From assembly GCA_045546375.1 (NCBI GenBank), contig JAZQCR010000031.1:1-58071 (forward strand): 58,071 nt of DNA, given 5' to 3'. A program made the position numbers and the translations under genes. The DNA comes from Eubacteriales bacterium. Its GTDB lineage: Bacteria; Bacillota; Clostridia; Oscillospirales; CAG-272. Below are positions 44,837 to 55,912 of the stretch, in pieces (position 1 is the first letter of the stretch; the number at the start of each line of letters is the position of its first letter). Under the pieces are notes generated by a model. It was not told the origin of the DNA. It saw nothing but the letters and a program-made list of their open reading frames with translations, and ran no database searches.

Positions 44837-46207
44837 ATGCAGAGAGAAAAGTTAGGCTCGCGTTTAGGTTTTATATTGCTGAGCGCGGGATGCGCTATAG
44901 GCATCGGCAACGTATGGAAGTTTCCCTACATTGCGGGTGAGAACGGCGGCGCCATATTCGTTCTTTTTTATTTTGCTTTTTTAGTTCTTATGGGCGTACC
45001 GATAATGACCATGGAATTTTCCCTCGGACGTGCGGCGCAGAAGAGTCCTGCGGTGATGTATCGCGAGCTGGAGCCGGGGGGCAGTAAATGGCACCTTCAC
45101 GGCTATGCGTCGGTTATAGGCAACTATCTGCTTATGATGTTTTATACCACCGTGTGCGGCTGGATGCTGCGTTATTTTGTCTCTACTGCCGGTGGGGCGC
45201 TGAACGGACTTTCGGCGGACGGTATCGAGGCTGACCTCAACGGTATGATGTCCAACCCCCTTGAGATGGGTGTATATATGGTCATCGCGGTCGCCATAGC
45301 AGTCCTTGTGTGCTCCATCGGAGTTCAGAAGGGCCTTGAGCGGGTCACCAAATATATGATGCTGGCTCTCATCGTCATTATGATAGGCCTCGGTGTGCGT
45401 AGCTTCTTCCTTGAGGGAGGGGAAGAGGGACTTAAATTTTATCTGCTCCCCAGCATCGACCGTATGAACGAGGTCGGTATAGGTAACGTGGTGGTCGCCG
45501 CTATGAACCAGGCGTTCTTTACCCTTAGTCTCGGCATAGGATCTATGGCTATTTTCGGCAGCTATATCGGTCGGGACAGAGCCCTTATGGGTGAGGCAGT
45601 CACCGTTGCTACTCTTGACACCTTCGTTGCCGTCTGCTCGGGCCTTATCATTTTCCCCGCCTGCTATGCATATAACATAAAGGTGGACAGCGGCCCCGAT
45701 CTTATCTTTAAGACCCTGCCAAACGTGTTTAACAATATGCCCTTCGGTCAACTCTTCGGCGCCCTTTTCTTCGTCTTTATGTCCTTTGCGGCGCTGTCTA
45801 CTGTGCTGGCGGTATTTGAGAATATCGTCGCCTGCACCTGTGAGCTTTTTGGCTGGGAGAGGAAAAGGTCCTGCGTTATCAACGGCATCGCCATTGTGGT
45901 ACTGTCTATGCCCTGCGTTCTCGGTTTTAATCTGCTATCCGGCATTATGCCCCTCGGTGCGGGGTCGAATATAATGGATATGGAGGACTTCGCGGTGAGC
46001 AACGTGCTCTTGCCGCTGGGCGCTCTTACCTACGTGCTCTTTTGCACCTCACGATACGGCTGGGGATTTGATAAGTTTATGGAGGCCGCAAACACCGGCA
46101 AGGGCTTAAAGGTGAAAAAGTGGATGAAGCCCTACTTCACCTACGTGCTCCCCGTGGCCATTCTTGCACTTTTCTGCGTGGGTATTTATACAAAATTTTT
46201 TGCATAA
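44837..46207 (+). CDS. Sodium-dependent transporter (SNF/NSS family)
   Basis: SRLGFILLSAGCAIGIGNVWKFPY..GENGG; QAFFTLSLG. Confidence 0.92.
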   Translation: MQREKLGSRLGFILLSAGCAIGIGNVWKFPYIAGENGGAIFVLFYFAFLVLMGVPIMTMEFSLGRAAQKSPAVMYRELEPGGSKWHLHGYASVIGNYLLMMFYTTVCGWMLRYFVSTAGGALNGLSADGIEADLNGMMSNPLEMGVYMVIAVAIAVLVCSIGVQKGLERVTKYMMLALIVIMIGLGVRSFFLEGGEEGLKFYLLPSIDRMNEVGIGNVVVAAMNQAFFTLSLGIGSMAIFGSYIGRDRALMGEAVTVATLDTFVAVCSGLIIFPACYAYNIKVDSGPDLIFKTLPNVFNNMPFGQLFGALFFVFMSFAALSTVLAVFENIVACTCELFGWERKRSCVINGIAIVVLSMPCVLGFNLLSGIMPLGAGSNIMDMEDFAVSNVLLPLGALTYVLFCTSRYGWGFDKFMEAANTGKGLKVKKWMKPYFTYVLPVAILALFCVGIYTKFFA

Positions 46208-46289
46208 CTTTTAAACGAATAAAGGAACGTCTGCGATCTGCAGGCGTTCCTTTGCTTTATTGGCTTCCGTCAGTAACGGAGGAGCTTTA

Positions 46290-46826
46290 CTATTTTTCAG
46301 GTACTATCAGTCCGTAGCCGCCGTCCTTGCGCTTATATACCACGCAGGTGTCCTCGGTACGGTCATCGATAAAGACGTAGAAGGAGTGACCCAAAAGGTT
46401 CATCTGAAGGATAGCCTCTTCCGGGGAGATGGGCTTAAGGTCAAAGGTCTTGACCCTGATCTCAAAGTCGTCCTCTTCGTCGTACTCGTAGTCCTCGGGT
46501 ACGGCGGCAAATTCCATCCCGAGTCCCGCGCCTTTGAATCTTTTTTCGAGGCGGGTCTTGTTCTTTCGTATCTGGCGCTCGATGGTCTCCACGGCACGGT
46601 CGAGAGCGTTGCGGAATGAGAGATCCTCTTCCTCTGCGCGGAAGAAGGTGCCGCCGAGAGAGATGGTCACCTCTGCGATCTGCACCGACTTTACTTCACG
46701 GAAGGTGACGGTGACTGTGGCGGAGGCATCCCCGAAGAATTTCTCCAGCTTTGCCAGCTTCTTTTCGGTGGCGTTTTGCAAAGCCTTGTCTACTGTTACG
46801 CCGCGTGCGTTGATAGTCAATTTCAT
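46290..46826 (-). CDS. hpf: Ribosome hibernation promoting factor (long HPF/RaiA)
   Basis: KKLAKLEKFF...ERQIRKNKTRL; EEAILQMNLLGHSFYVF...YKRKDGGYGLI. Confidence 0.92.
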   Translation of the reverse strand: MKLTINARGVTVDKALQNATEKKLAKLEKFFGDASATVTVTFREVKSVQIAEVTISLGGTFFRAEEEDLSFRNALDRAVETIERQIRKNKTRLEKRFKGAGLGMEFAAVPEDYEYDEEDDFEIRVKTFDLKPISPEEAILQMNLLGHSFYVFIDDRTEDTCVVYKRKDGGYGLIVPEK

Positions 46827-46911
46827 TTTTACACTCTCCTTTCTCTTGTATAATAATTATACACTATAAACGCGAAAAAATAAAGATATTTTTGTTAATA
46901 ATGTACAAAAA

Positions 46912-47403
46912 TTATGTGATATACTCACTTAACAGCTTTCGCACGGCATCGTTGTCGTCTGTGACCAGGAGGACCGCGTATTTACCCGCGCAGTAGCAAA
47001 GAGCCCTTTGCGTTCTCTCGGCCGTATCAAGGTTATACGTGGTGTTTTTTGGTTCTGCGAGCAGCTCCTTACGCCGGTTTAAGCATTTCATCAGGTCGGT
47101 CAGGTCACTGTGAGAGCGTGCCTTCAAAAGGTGTATCTCATAGGGCAGGTCACCGTTGCCTATAAGCACGGCGTAGCTCTCACACAGGGAGTCTATATCG
47201 TAGCCTGTGGAATAGAGCTTTTCCTTGATCTCGTCGGAAGGGAAGTGGGGACTGCCCTCACTTGCGTCCGAATAATAGATATGGTAGTTTTCGGGCGGAC
47301 GGTCAAGGGCGGTAAGCGTTGCCGCCATAGCGTCGGATGGGCGCATGGGCGATGAGCAGGCGGGAAGGAAAAGGCATAATAAGAGTAAAAGCAGTTTTTT
47401 CAT
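46912..47403 (-). CDS. DUF4358-like lipoprotein
   Basis: Lipobox LPAC; C-terminal GKYAVLLV. Confidence 0.55.
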   Translation of the reverse strand: MKKLLLLLLCLFLPACSSPMRPSDAMAATLTALDRPPENYHIYYSDASEGSPHFPSDEIKEKLYSTGYDIDSLCESYAVLIGNGDLPYEIHLLKARSHSDLTDLMKCLNRRKELLAEPKNTTYNLDTAERTQRALCYCAGKYAVLLVTDDNDAVRKLLSEYIT

Positions 47404-47431
47404 ACTAAAATGTATGAGAGGCGTGCTTCTC

Positions 47432-47650
47432 TTATTCTATCTCTTCTTCTATTGCGTCGTAAAAGTGCAAGGGTGAGAGCCCATAGCGGTTAAAACGCTC
47501 TACCGCGTTCTCGACAAGCTCCCTGTCGGTGGAGATATCGGGTACGTGCTCCTCGCCCAACTCACTTTTGCAGGTGATACCGTAGCTTACGTAGCTGCCG
47601 AGCTCGTCCTCGTGCATTGTGTCTTCTCTCAAAAGGTAAACTGTTTTCAT
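47432..47650 (-). CDS. DUF6514-like small protein
   Basis: YGI...PDISTDR......FNRYGLSPLHFYDAIE. Confidence 0.65.
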   Translation of the reverse strand: MKTVYLLREDTMHEDELGSYVSYGITCKSELGEEHVPDISTDRELVENAVERFNRYGLSPLHFYDAIEEEIE

Positions 47651-47889
47651 AGTGACAATAATAACCCTTTTATCCCTCGTTTGCAAGAGTAAAATAACGA
47701 CAAAATTCGACAAAACTCAAGCATTCGTTGCACCAACAGCGACTTTTGGCGGTATTTTGTGTCGTTTTTGTCGTAAAAAAGTACAGTTTTACCAAAAATA
47801 AAAAAGTGGATTTGGTTGCTTTACAAAGCAGGTAATGTGTGGTATTATATATACGTTAGTATTAAATTATATATAAAGAGGGCGAGAAA

Positions 47890-49569
47890 ATGGGATTTCC
47901 TACTGATATCGAGATAGCGCAGGCGGCGAAAATGCTGCCTATCACCGAGATAGCCAAGGCTATCGGCGCCGCGGAGGACGAGTTAGAGCCTTACGGCAGA
48001 TATAAGGCGAAGATAAACAATACCTTTATTGACAGAAGAGCGGATAAGGAGAACGGTAAGCTGATCCTTGTAACCGCCATCAATCCCACCCCTGCGGGAG
48101 AGGGTAAGACCACAACCTCTGTAGGTCTCGGTCAGGCAATGGCCAAGATAGGCAAGAATGCCGTAATAGCACTAAGAGAGCCTTCTCTCGGTCCTGTTTT
48201 CGGCGTTAAGGGCGGTGCCGCAGGCGGCGGTTACGCACAGGTGGTGCCTATGGAGGATATCAACCTGCATTTTACGGGTGACTTCCACGCCATCACCTCG
48301 GCAAATAACCTGCTTTGCGCGGCTCTTGACAATCATCTGCAGCAGGGCAACGAGCTGGGTATCGACCCCCGCCGTGTGCTCTTCCAGAGGGTTATGGATA
48401 TGAACGACCGCGCTCTGCGCAATATCGTTATCGGTATGGGCGGCAAGATGAGCGGTATTCCCCGTGAGGATCATTTTCAGATCACCGTTGCCAGCGAGAT
48501 AATGGCTATCCTCTGCCTTGCTGAGGACATTATAGACTTAAAGAAACGCTTAGGTGACATCCTTGTTGCGTACAAGTATGACGGCAGTGCAGTATTCTGC
48601 CGTGACTTGAAGGTAGCGGGCGCTATGGCGGCGCTCTTAAAGGACGCTTTAATGCCCAACCTGGTGCAGACCCTTGAGAATACCCCCGCCATCATTCACG
48701 GCGGCCCCTTCGCCAACATCGCTCACGGATGTAACTCCGTCCGCGCTACTAAGTTAGCGCTCAAGTGCGGCGATTACGCTATTACCGAGGCAGGCTTCGG
48801 CGCGGATCTCGGCGCACAGAAGTTCCTTGATATCAAGTGCCGTCTTACCGGTCTTTCACCCGACTGTATCGTTGTGGTGGCTACCGTCCGCGCTCTTAAG
48901 TACAACGGCGGAGTAGCAAAGACCGAGCTCAAGGCAGAGAACTGTGACGCACTCCGCGCAGGACTTTGCAATCTTGAAAAGCACGTTGAGAATATGAAGG
49001 GCTACGGTGTTCCCGTGGTGGTTGCCATCAACCGCTTTGATACCGACACCGAGGCAGAGCTTCAGATCATCCGCGATATGTGCACCGAGAAGGGTGTTGA
49101 CTTCGCTACCTCCGAGGTATTTGCACGGGGCGGTGAAGGCGGCGTAGAGTTAGCAGAGGCTGTTGTCGCCGCTTGTGAAAAGCCCAAGAGCTTTACCCTC
49201 ACCTATGAGGATGATGCCACCATTGAAGAGAAGATCGAGGCAATTGCCAAGAAGATATACGGCGCTGACGGCATAAACATCTCTCCTGCCGCAAAGAAGC
49301 AGATCGCGGAGATAGTTGCCATCAACCCCGACTACGCGCGCTTCCCTGTATGTATGGCGAAGACACAGTATTCCCTGTCCGACGACCCCACAAAGTTAGG
49401 ACGTCCCGAAGGCTTCACCCTTAACGTCCGTGAGGTGAAGGTCTCTGCGGGCGCGGGCTTTATCGTAGTCTTGACGGGTGACATCCTCACCATGCCCGGC
49501 CTTCCCAAGGTGCCTTCCGCAAATCATATCGACATTGACGAGAACGGCAACATCACGGGTCTTTCTTGA
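47890..49569 (+). CDS. fhs: Formate--tetrahydrofolate ligase
   Basis: [42 protein letters not shown]. Confidence 0.97.
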   Translation: MGFPTDIEIAQAAKMLPITEIAKAIGAAEDELEPYGRYKAKINNTFIDRRADKENGKLILVTAINPTPAGEGKTTTSVGLGQAMAKIGKNAVIALREPSLGPVFGVKGGAAGGGYAQVVPMEDINLHFTGDFHAITSANNLLCAALDNHLQQGNELGIDPRRVLFQRVMDMNDRALRNIVIGMGGKMSGIPREDHFQITVASEIMAILCLAEDIIDLKKRLGDILVAYKYDGSAVFCRDLKVAGAMAALLKDALMPNLVQTLENTPAIIHGGPFANIAHGCNSVRATKLALKCGDYAITEAGFGADLGAQKFLDIKCRLTGLSPDCIVVVATVRALKYNGGVAKTELKAENCDALRAGLCNLEKHVENMKGYGVPVVVAINRFDTDTEAELQIIRDMCTEKGVDFATSEVFARGGEGGVELAEAVVAACEKPKSFTLTYEDDATIEEKIEAIAKKIYGADGINISPAAKKQIAEIVAINPDYARFPVCMAKTQYSLSDDPTKLGRPEGFTLNVREVKVSAGAGFIVVLTGDILTMPGLPKVPSANHIDIDENGNITGLS

Positions 49570-49988
49570 TGACAATTATTGATAGGATAACCGAGGGCGA
49601 GGGGCAGACCCTTGCCCTTGCAAAGGACTTTGCCCGTACTCTTAAGGGCGGTGAATTTATCGCTATGAAGGGGGACCTCGGCGCAGGAAAGACGGTGTTC
49701 GTCCGCGGACTTGCCTCTGTCCTCGCTCCCGAGGGTGCGGTCAGCAGTCCCAGCTATGCTATAGTCCACGAATACGGCGGTCCATATAACCTTTGCCACT
49801 TTGATATGTACCGTATAAACGGAGAGGACGACCTTTATTCCATCGGCTTTTTCGACTACGATGGCTGTATCATGGCGGTGGAGTGGAGCGAGAAGATAGA
49901 GGAGCTTTTGCCCTCACCTCGCTATGAGGTACAGATCCTTAAGGTGGACGATACAAAGCGCAGGATAATAATAGAAGAGATAAAATGA
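49569..49988 (+). CDS. tsaE: tRNA threonylcarbamoyladenosine biosynthesis ATPase
   Basis: GDLGAGKT, SSPSY, HFDMYR, VEW. Confidence 0.93.
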   Translation: MTIIDRITEGEGQTLALAKDFARTLKGGEFIAMKGDLGAGKTVFVRGLASVLAPEGAVSSPSYAIVHEYGGPYNLCHFDMYRINGEDDLYSIGFFDYDGCIMAVEWSEKIEELLPSPRYEVQILKVDDTKRRIIIEEIK

Positions 49989-50665
49989 AGATACTTGCTT
50001 TTGATGCGTCTGCCGCGGTGGGCGCCGTGGCGCTGGCCGAGGACGAAAAGGTCATATGCGCCTATAATACAGAGGGAAAGCATACCCACAGCGAGACCCT
50101 TTTGCCTTTAGCGGAGAGGGCACTTACGGAAAGCGGAGTGAGGCTCTCCGACATTGACCTTTTTGCCTGCACAGTGGGTCCCGGCTCTTTTACCGGCGTA
50201 CGTATAGCAGTCTCCCTTGTGAAGGGACTCGCCCTTCCGGAGGACAAGAGCTGTGTGGGGCTTTCCTCCCTTGAGGCGCTGGCCTATCCCCTAAGGGATA
50301 AGGACGCAGTTATCTGTCCTATGATAGACGCAAGGCGTGGGAACGTGTATAATGCGCTCTTTAAGGGGGGTAAACGTCTGTGCCCCGACAGGCTCATTTC
50401 CCTTGAGGCACTTGAGGCGGAGCTTGCCGAGCTGGGCGAGCCCGTGTTCCTTGCAGGTGATGCATACGAAACGGCAAAAGCACGCTTTACTTTTAAAACG
50501 GAAGAAACGCCCGAGGAGCGGCGTTTGATAAACGGAGGGGCTATTGCCTCTTACGCATACGAGATCTATAAGGCAGGCGGTGCCGTTAGGCACACAGACC
50601 TGCGACCCGAATATCTTCGCCCTTCTCAGGCGGAACGTGAAAGAGAGGAAAAGAACAATGAGTAA
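49985..50665 (+). CDS. tsaB: tRNA threonylcarbamoyladenosine biosynthesis protein
   Basis: HSETLLP, GPGSFTGVRI, IDARR, P.YLR.SQAER. Confidence 0.93.
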   Translation: MKILAFDASAAVGAVALAEDEKVICAYNTEGKHTHSETLLPLAERALTESGVRLSDIDLFACTVGPGSFTGVRIAVSLVKGLALPEDKSCVGLSSLEALAYPLRDKDAVICPMIDARRGNVYNALFKGGKRLCPDRLISLEALEAELAELGEPVFLAGDAYETAKARFTFKTEETPEERRLINGGAIASYAYEIYKAGGAVRHTDLRPEYLRPSQAEREREEKNNE

Positions 50666-51101
50666 GATCATAGCGATCGGATGTGACCACGGCGGATACG
50701 AGCTGAAGGAGCAGATCAAGGCGTACCTTATCGACCGTCAGATCAAGTATATCGACGTGGGATGCGACGGCCCTGCTTCAGTGGACTATCCCGAGTATGC
50801 GCACAAGCTGTGCAGAAAGATACAGAAGGGCGAGTGCTACCGCGGCATCCTCGTCTGCGGAACGGGTATCGGTATGAGCATGGCGGCAAATAAGCACGAG
50901 GGCATTCGCGCCGCCTGCTGCTCGGACACCTTCTCTGCACGTATGACCAGAATGCACAATGATGCAAACGTGCTTTGTCTGGGCGGACGCGTAGTCGGCA
51001 CCGGCCTTGCTCTTGATATGGTGGAGCTGTTTCTCAACACCGAATACGAGGGCGGACGCCACCAGAAGCGGGTGGATATGGTAAACGAATTCGATAAGTA
51101 A
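50658..51101 (+). CDS. rpiB: Ribose 5-phosphate isomerase B
   Basis: IGCDHGG, VDYP, CGTGIGMSMAANK, HNDANVLCLG, GGRH. Confidence 0.95.
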   Translation: MSKIIAIGCDHGGYELKEQIKAYLIDRQIKYIDVGCDGPASVDYPEYAHKLCRKIQKGECYRGILVCGTGIGMSMAANKHEGIRAACCSDTFSARMTRMHNDANVLCLGGRVVGTGLALDMVELFLNTEYEGGRHQKRVDMVNEFDK

Positions 51102-51151
51102 TTTAAGTTAAAACCACGGTGAAAACCGTGGTTTTAAAACGGAGGCGAAAA

Positions 51152-52507
51152 ATGAGAGGGAATACGGATTTAACAAGCGGCTCGGTCATGGGTAAACTGA
51201 TACTGTTTGCTCTGCCTATCTTTTTCAGCAACGTTTTCCAGCAGCTTTATAATACCGCCGATTCCCTGATAGTAGGTCAGTTCTTGGGGGACAAGGCGCT
51301 GGCGGCGGTGAGCTCGTCGGGAAACCTCATCTTTATGTTCGTCGGCTTCTTCAACGGTGTCGCCATGGGCGCAGGCGTGCTTATCGCAAGACACTACGGC
51401 GCAAAGGACTACAGAGCGGTAGAGCGTGCCATACATACGGATATAGCCTTCGGACTTGTGACGGGTGCGGCCCTCACGGTGCTTGGTATTGCCTTCACCC
51501 CCACTATCCTCGGTTGGATGGGCACCCCCACAGACGTGCTCCCTCAGTCTGTGAGTTACTTCCGCTTTTATTTTTGCGGAGCCATCTTCACGGTTATGTA
51601 CAATATATTGGTAGGTATCCTCCACGCTATGGGCGATTCCCGCCATCCGCTTTATTATCTTATTGCCGCCAGTATTTTAAACGTGATACTTGATATCATA
51701 CTGGTGGGCGTTTGCGGCTTCGGCGTGTGGAGCGCGGCGCTGGCGACCACCTTGTCCCAGGCTTTCAGCGCGGTGCTGTGCACCCTTCGACTGCTTCGCA
51801 CAAATGGCGAGGTACGCTTTCAGGTAAAGAAGATAGGCTTTCATCTGCCTACCCTTCGCGCCATTATCCGTTACGGACTGCCCTCGGGTGTGCAGAATTC
51901 GGTGATCGGCCTTGCCAACGTGGTGGTACAGTCAAATATCAACGCTTTTGGCTCGGCGGCTATGGCAGGCTGCGGCTCATACTCCAAGATAGAGGGCTTT
52001 GCATTTCTTCCCGTCACCTGCTTCGCCCAGGGACTTGCCACCTTTGTGGGACAGAATCTTGGTGCTAAAAGGTATGATCGCGTAAAGCGCGGCTCTATCT
52101 TCGGCGCCTTATGCTCGGTCACCTTGGCAGAGGTGGTGGGGCTTTGCTTCTACTTCGGTTGCCCATTTCTTCTCGGACTCTTTAAGCCGGGCGCGCAGGC
52201 CCTTGAGTTTGGTGTGATGCACTGCCGTACCGTTTGCCTTTTCTACTGTCTGCTTGCCTTTTCCCACTGCGCGGCGGGCATACTGAGGGGCGCAGGCAAG
52301 CCCAGCGTGCCTATGGTAGTGATGCTCTTATTTTGGTGTGTGCTCCGCGTCAGCTATATAACCGTTGCGGTAAGGTTCGTTCCCGTGCTTACCACCGTCT
52401 CTTGGGCGTACCCCCTCACCTGGAGCTGCAGCAGCATTGTATTTATTGTATATCTTTCAAAGGCGGATTGGCTTCACGCCTTTGAAGCGGAAAAAGCCTC
52501 TGCATAA
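51152..52507 (+). CDS. MATE family efflux transporter
   Basis: DLTSGS...QQLYNTADSLIVG...GQNLGA; RBS ggagg. Confidence 0.9.
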   Translation: MRGNTDLTSGSVMGKLILFALPIFFSNVFQQLYNTADSLIVGQFLGDKALAAVSSSGNLIFMFVGFFNGVAMGAGVLIARHYGAKDYRAVERAIHTDIAFGLVTGAALTVLGIAFTPTILGWMGTPTDVLPQSVSYFRFYFCGAIFTVMYNILVGILHAMGDSRHPLYYLIAASILNVILDIILVGVCGFGVWSAALATTLSQAFSAVLCTLRLLRTNGEVRFQVKKIGFHLPTLRAIIRYGLPSGVQNSVIGLANVVVQSNINAFGSAAMAGCGSYSKIEGFAFLPVTCFAQGLATFVGQNLGAKRYDRVKRGSIFGALCSVTLAEVVGLCFYFGCPFLLGLFKPGAQALEFGVMHCRTVCLFYCLLAFSHCAAGILRGAGKPSVPMVVMLLFWCVLRVSYITVAVRFVPVLTTVSWAYPLTWSCSSIVFIVYLSKADWLHAFEAEKASA

Positions 52508-52532
52508 GCAGAGGCTTTTCCTTTGGAGAGAA

Positions 52533-52808
52533 TTATTCGTTTTCCGCATTCTCAAGTGCGGCAAAGTAAGCGTCAAGCACCTTGCTCTCCACCTCTTCGC
52601 GGAAGGAGGCGTTGATTGGGTGTACTATATCACGGTAGGTGCCGTCCGCGTTCTTCTTTGACGGCATAACTATGAAGTACTTTTCCTTTGCGTATATGAC
52701 CTTTATGTCGTGCAGGGCAAGGCAGTCGTCGAAGGTGACCGATACCACCGCCTTCATGGGGCTCTCGTCGTCGAAGGTCTTTCTTACCTTAATGTCTGTT
52801 AAGTGCAT
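52533..52808 (-). CDS. spoVG: Septation/sporulation regulator SpoVG
   Basis: TDIKVRK...KAVVSVTFDD..ALHDIKV...MPSKK..DG.YRDIVHPIN. Confidence 0.93.
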   Translation of the reverse strand: MHLTDIKVRKTFDDESPMKAVVSVTFDDCLALHDIKVIYAKEKYFIVMPSKKNADGTYRDIVHPINASFREEVESKVLDAYFAALENAENE

Positions 52809-52959
52809 TTTGTCCTCCAAGTTGTGTTTTGTTGTCTATATTATACAGTAAGAATATGTAAAATATTCAAATCACATAAATCGTTTTTTTAAATTAACTA
52901 TTTACAATTTGTGAAAGGTGGAATATAATATACAGTGAATAACTATGTGCCGAGGTATC

Positions 52960-54324
52960 ATGGAAAAGGATATTCTGTTTAATATATTGGATAATGCGAA
53001 GAAGCTGTATTTTATCGGCATAGGCGGCATCAGTATGTCAGGCATCGCCGTCTTTGCACGTGAGATGGGCTACGAGGTAGCGGGCTCTGACCGAAGCGAG
53101 TCGGATCTCACCGCGCGCCTTCGTGAGAGCGGAGTACGCATCTATCTTTCGCACGAGGCAGAGCACGTAGTGGGCGCAGACGCTGTGGTGTTCACCGCGG
53201 CGGTAGGCACGGATAATCCTGAAATGGCTTATGCTGCAGAGCTCGGCATACCCACCGTGTCCCGTGCGCAGTTTTTAGGCTATATTATGTGCCGTTATGA
53301 AAACAAGATAGGCGTGTCGGGCACCCACGGAAAGAGCACGACCAGCTCTATGCTTTCTCACGTGTTTTTGGAGGCAGGTCTTGACCCCACGGTGGCGCTG
53401 GGCGCAGAGCTTTCCGAGCTCGGCGGTGCATACCGAATGGGAGGCGGCAGGGATTTTATCTACGAGTCCTGCGAGTACAAGGATTCCTTTCTTTCCTTCT
53501 ATCCCGATATAGCTATCATACTTAATATCGACCACGACCACGTGGATTATTTTCTCACCATGGAGCAGATGGTAGAGAGCTTCCGTAAGAGTATCCGGAC
53601 TGCTCACACGGTTATCGTGCCTGCGGATGACGAAAGGGTGGAAAGCGCCCTTGAGGGGTACTCCGGCAAAGTGATCCGTTTCGGACTTAACGGGGAATGC
53701 GATTTCTATCCCGCTGACCTTACTTATGAGAGAGGCAAAGCACGGTTTACCGTTATGGCATACGGTAAGGAGCTGTGCCGCGTATCTATGGCGGTGCCCG
53801 GTGAGCATAACGTGGTGGACGCTTTGGCTGCGGCAGCGGCGTCCTATATCTGCGGTGTTCCGGGGGATGCCATAGGCAAGGGCCTCGGCAACTTCGCAGG
53901 CGCGCGCAGACGCTTTGAGAGGAAGGGAAGCGTGCGCGGTGTCGACGTATACGACGACTACGCTCACCATCCAACCGAGATACGCGCTACCCTTTCGGGT
54001 ATCAGTAAGCTGGGTTATCGCAGAGTCATCTGTGTTTTCCAACCGCACACCTATTCGAGAACCGCCGAGCTCTTTGACGAATTTGCCGAGTCCTTCGGCG
54101 CGGTGGACGAGGTGGTCTTCGTGGACATCTTCTCGGCAAGAGAGACCGATACCCTCGGTGTCAGCAGTAAGATGCTTGCAGATCACGTGGAGAAAGCGAA
54201 ATATTTCCCCTCATTTGATGAAACTGTAGATTACTTGCGCGGTGCTTCCCACGCAGGAGATCTGATCCTCACCATGGGTGCAGGAGACGTATATAAGATC
54301 GGAGAAAGGTTTTTAAAGTTATGA
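52960..54324 (+). CDS. murC: UDP-N-acetylmuramate--L-alanine ligase
   Basis: FIGIGGISMSG, GTHGKSTT, DHDH.D, DDYAHHPTEI, FQPHTYSRT. Confidence 0.95.
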   Translation: MEKDILFNILDNAKKLYFIGIGGISMSGIAVFAREMGYEVAGSDRSESDLTARLRESGVRIYLSHEAEHVVGADAVVFTAAVGTDNPEMAYAAELGIPTVSRAQFLGYIMCRYENKIGVSGTHGKSTTSSMLSHVFLEAGLDPTVALGAELSELGGAYRMGGGRDFIYESCEYKDSFLSFYPDIAIILNIDHDHVDYFLTMEQMVESFRKSIRTAHTVIVPADDERVESALEGYSGKVIRFGLNGECDFYPADLTYERGKARFTVMAYGKELCRVSMAVPGEHNVVDALAAAAASYICGVPGDAIGKGLGNFAGARRRFERKGSVRGVDVYDDYAHHPTEIRATLSGISKLGYRRVICVFQPHTYSRTAELFDEFAESFGAVDEVVFVDIFSARETDTLGVSSKMLADHVEKAKYFPSFDETVDYLRGASHAGDLILTMGAGDVYKIGERFLKL

Positions 54325-55616
54325 TGAAGAGGTTTATCGTTCTGTTGATGTGCACTCTGACGTTAGTTATGTCGGGCTGTAATACTCCCAGTGAGCAGAT
54401 GGCAGAGGAAGACATCAGAAAGCAGATAATGGCGGATAATGCCACGGTCAGCGGCGCTGATGATGCGGCCGGGGCCGCTTGGCTTGAGCGTTATTTAAAC
54501 GTAAATAACGCGGAGATGACCGAGTGCTTCCGAACCGACGATATGTCAGAGGGCTTTGAGCTTTGCTTTTCGAGATGGGGCTCCGGTCAGCGCGAATATA
54601 TCGTGAGCGAGGTGGTATATCCCGAAGGCGAGCGCTATCTTTGCGACCTTTACGAGCTCACGGGAGAGACCAAGAAGCGTACTCTGTCTTACGCCTACGA
54701 CCGTATCAAGGGCGACGAGCGCTTTGAGGACGGAATGAAGGGTATCGGCGATAATACCTATTCCGAGGGAGTGACGGAGATAAACATCACTACCCAGATA
54801 CCTCAGGCGGCCAGCAATACTCTCCTTGTTAAGGAGAGCATCCGCGAGAGATCTCTTCTTTACGGTACGCCCTCTGACGGCTCCAGCTTTACCATCAAGG
54901 TTTTTGCTACCGTTGATAATAGCGGCATAAGAAAATACATTATGTGTAACGATGAGCGCCCCGCCTCCGATGTCGGTAAGGGTGAGCACCTGAAGAATAA
55001 GACCTATTATATCGGGTATAGTGAAAATACGGGTAATTTCGCTCTCGTGGACAGACAGTATAACGAGACCATCCTCTGTGAGAAGGTGGACACCGCGGAT
55101 GAGACCAGGCGTGTCCCCGAGGTGTACGGTACCTGGGGCGACAGATACGGTATCTATACCGTGTCAAATAACTTAGGCGTAGTGCAGGTGGGCATTTTAG
55201 ATGCAGAAACAAGGAAGCACACGGTGCTTGATACAAGCGGCGTTCCCGTCGGTATGTACGGTGACAGACTGTATCTTTCAAACACCAAGGAGGACGGCTC
55301 CTGTGCCGTTGCTTACATTCTTTTGGACGACCCTCAGGGAGAGGCTGTGGTTTTCGACGGCCCTGACGGAGTTATGGAGAACGTTGCCTTCTCCTCCGAC
55401 GGCCGCATGGCTGTAACATATGCACCCGTTGACGGTAAGACCAAGGTGGCTGTATTCAACGCTACCGACGGCGCCCTTATTCGCGAGGAGTACGTAGGCG
55501 GAGTATACTGCGATCCTAAGTACGTGGGATTTTTAGAGGACGGCTCTATTATGGTCCTTTGCGACAAAAAACTGCTTTGTGACGAGTACTTATTTATAAT
55601 AGGAGAAGAGGAATGA
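54321..55616 (+). CDS. Hypothetical lipoprotein, probable beta-propeller C-terminus
   Basis: Lipobox MSGC; AFSSDGR propeller-like segment. Confidence 0.6.
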   Translation: MMKRFIVLLMCTLTLVMSGCNTPSEQMAEEDIRKQIMADNATVSGADDAAGAAWLERYLNVNNAEMTECFRTDDMSEGFELCFSRWGSGQREYIVSEVVYPEGERYLCDLYELTGETKKRTLSYAYDRIKGDERFEDGMKGIGDNTYSEGVTEINITTQIPQAASNTLLVKESIRERSLLYGTPSDGSSFTIKVFATVDNSGIRKYIMCNDERPASDVGKGEHLKNKTYYIGYSENTGNFALVDRQYNETILCEKVDTADETRRVPEVYGTWGDRYGIYTVSNNLGVVQVGILDAETRKHTVLDTSGVPVGMYGDRLYLSNTKEDGSCAVAYILLDDPQGEAVVFDGPDGVMENVAFSSDGRMAVTYAPVDGKTKVAVFNATDGALIREEYVGGVYCDPKYVGFLEDGSIMVLCDKKLLCDEYLFIIGEEE

Positions 55617-55912
55617 AGGATAATTTCCAGGACGAGCGCATAGACAATCTCTTTAAGGCTATCCTCACACTTAAGAGTGTAGAGGAGTGCTACGACTTTT
55701 TTGAGGATCTTTGTACCGTGGCGGAGATAAGGGAGATGTCCCGCCGTCTGCACGCCGCAGTTATGCTTACCGAGGGACAGACCTACGCTCAGATAGCGGC
55801 GGAGACGGGTGTTTCCACCGCTACCATCAGCCGTGTAAAGCGTTCACTTCGTTACGGTAATAACGGCTATAAGGAGGCTATCGCCACCCTTACCTCCAAG
55901 GAGAGCAAGTGA
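55613..55912 (+). CDS. YerC/YecD family TrpR-related protein
   Basis: LFKAILTL...ECYDFFEDLCT...STATISRV. Confidence 0.9.
   Translation: MKDNFQDERIDNLFKAILTLKSVEECYDFFEDLCTVAEIREMSRRLHAAVMLTEGQTYAQIAAETGVSTATISRVKRSLRYGNNGYKEAIATLTSKESK

Noticed and set aside
47775-47889. ZTP or THF riboswitch upstream of fhs
   Set aside because: The leader is short and AT-rich with no recognisable aptamer.
51108-51137. Palindrome ttaaaaccacggt-gaaa-accgtggttttaa as a mobile-element end
   Set aside because: Single copy right after the rpiB stop; explained as a terminator.
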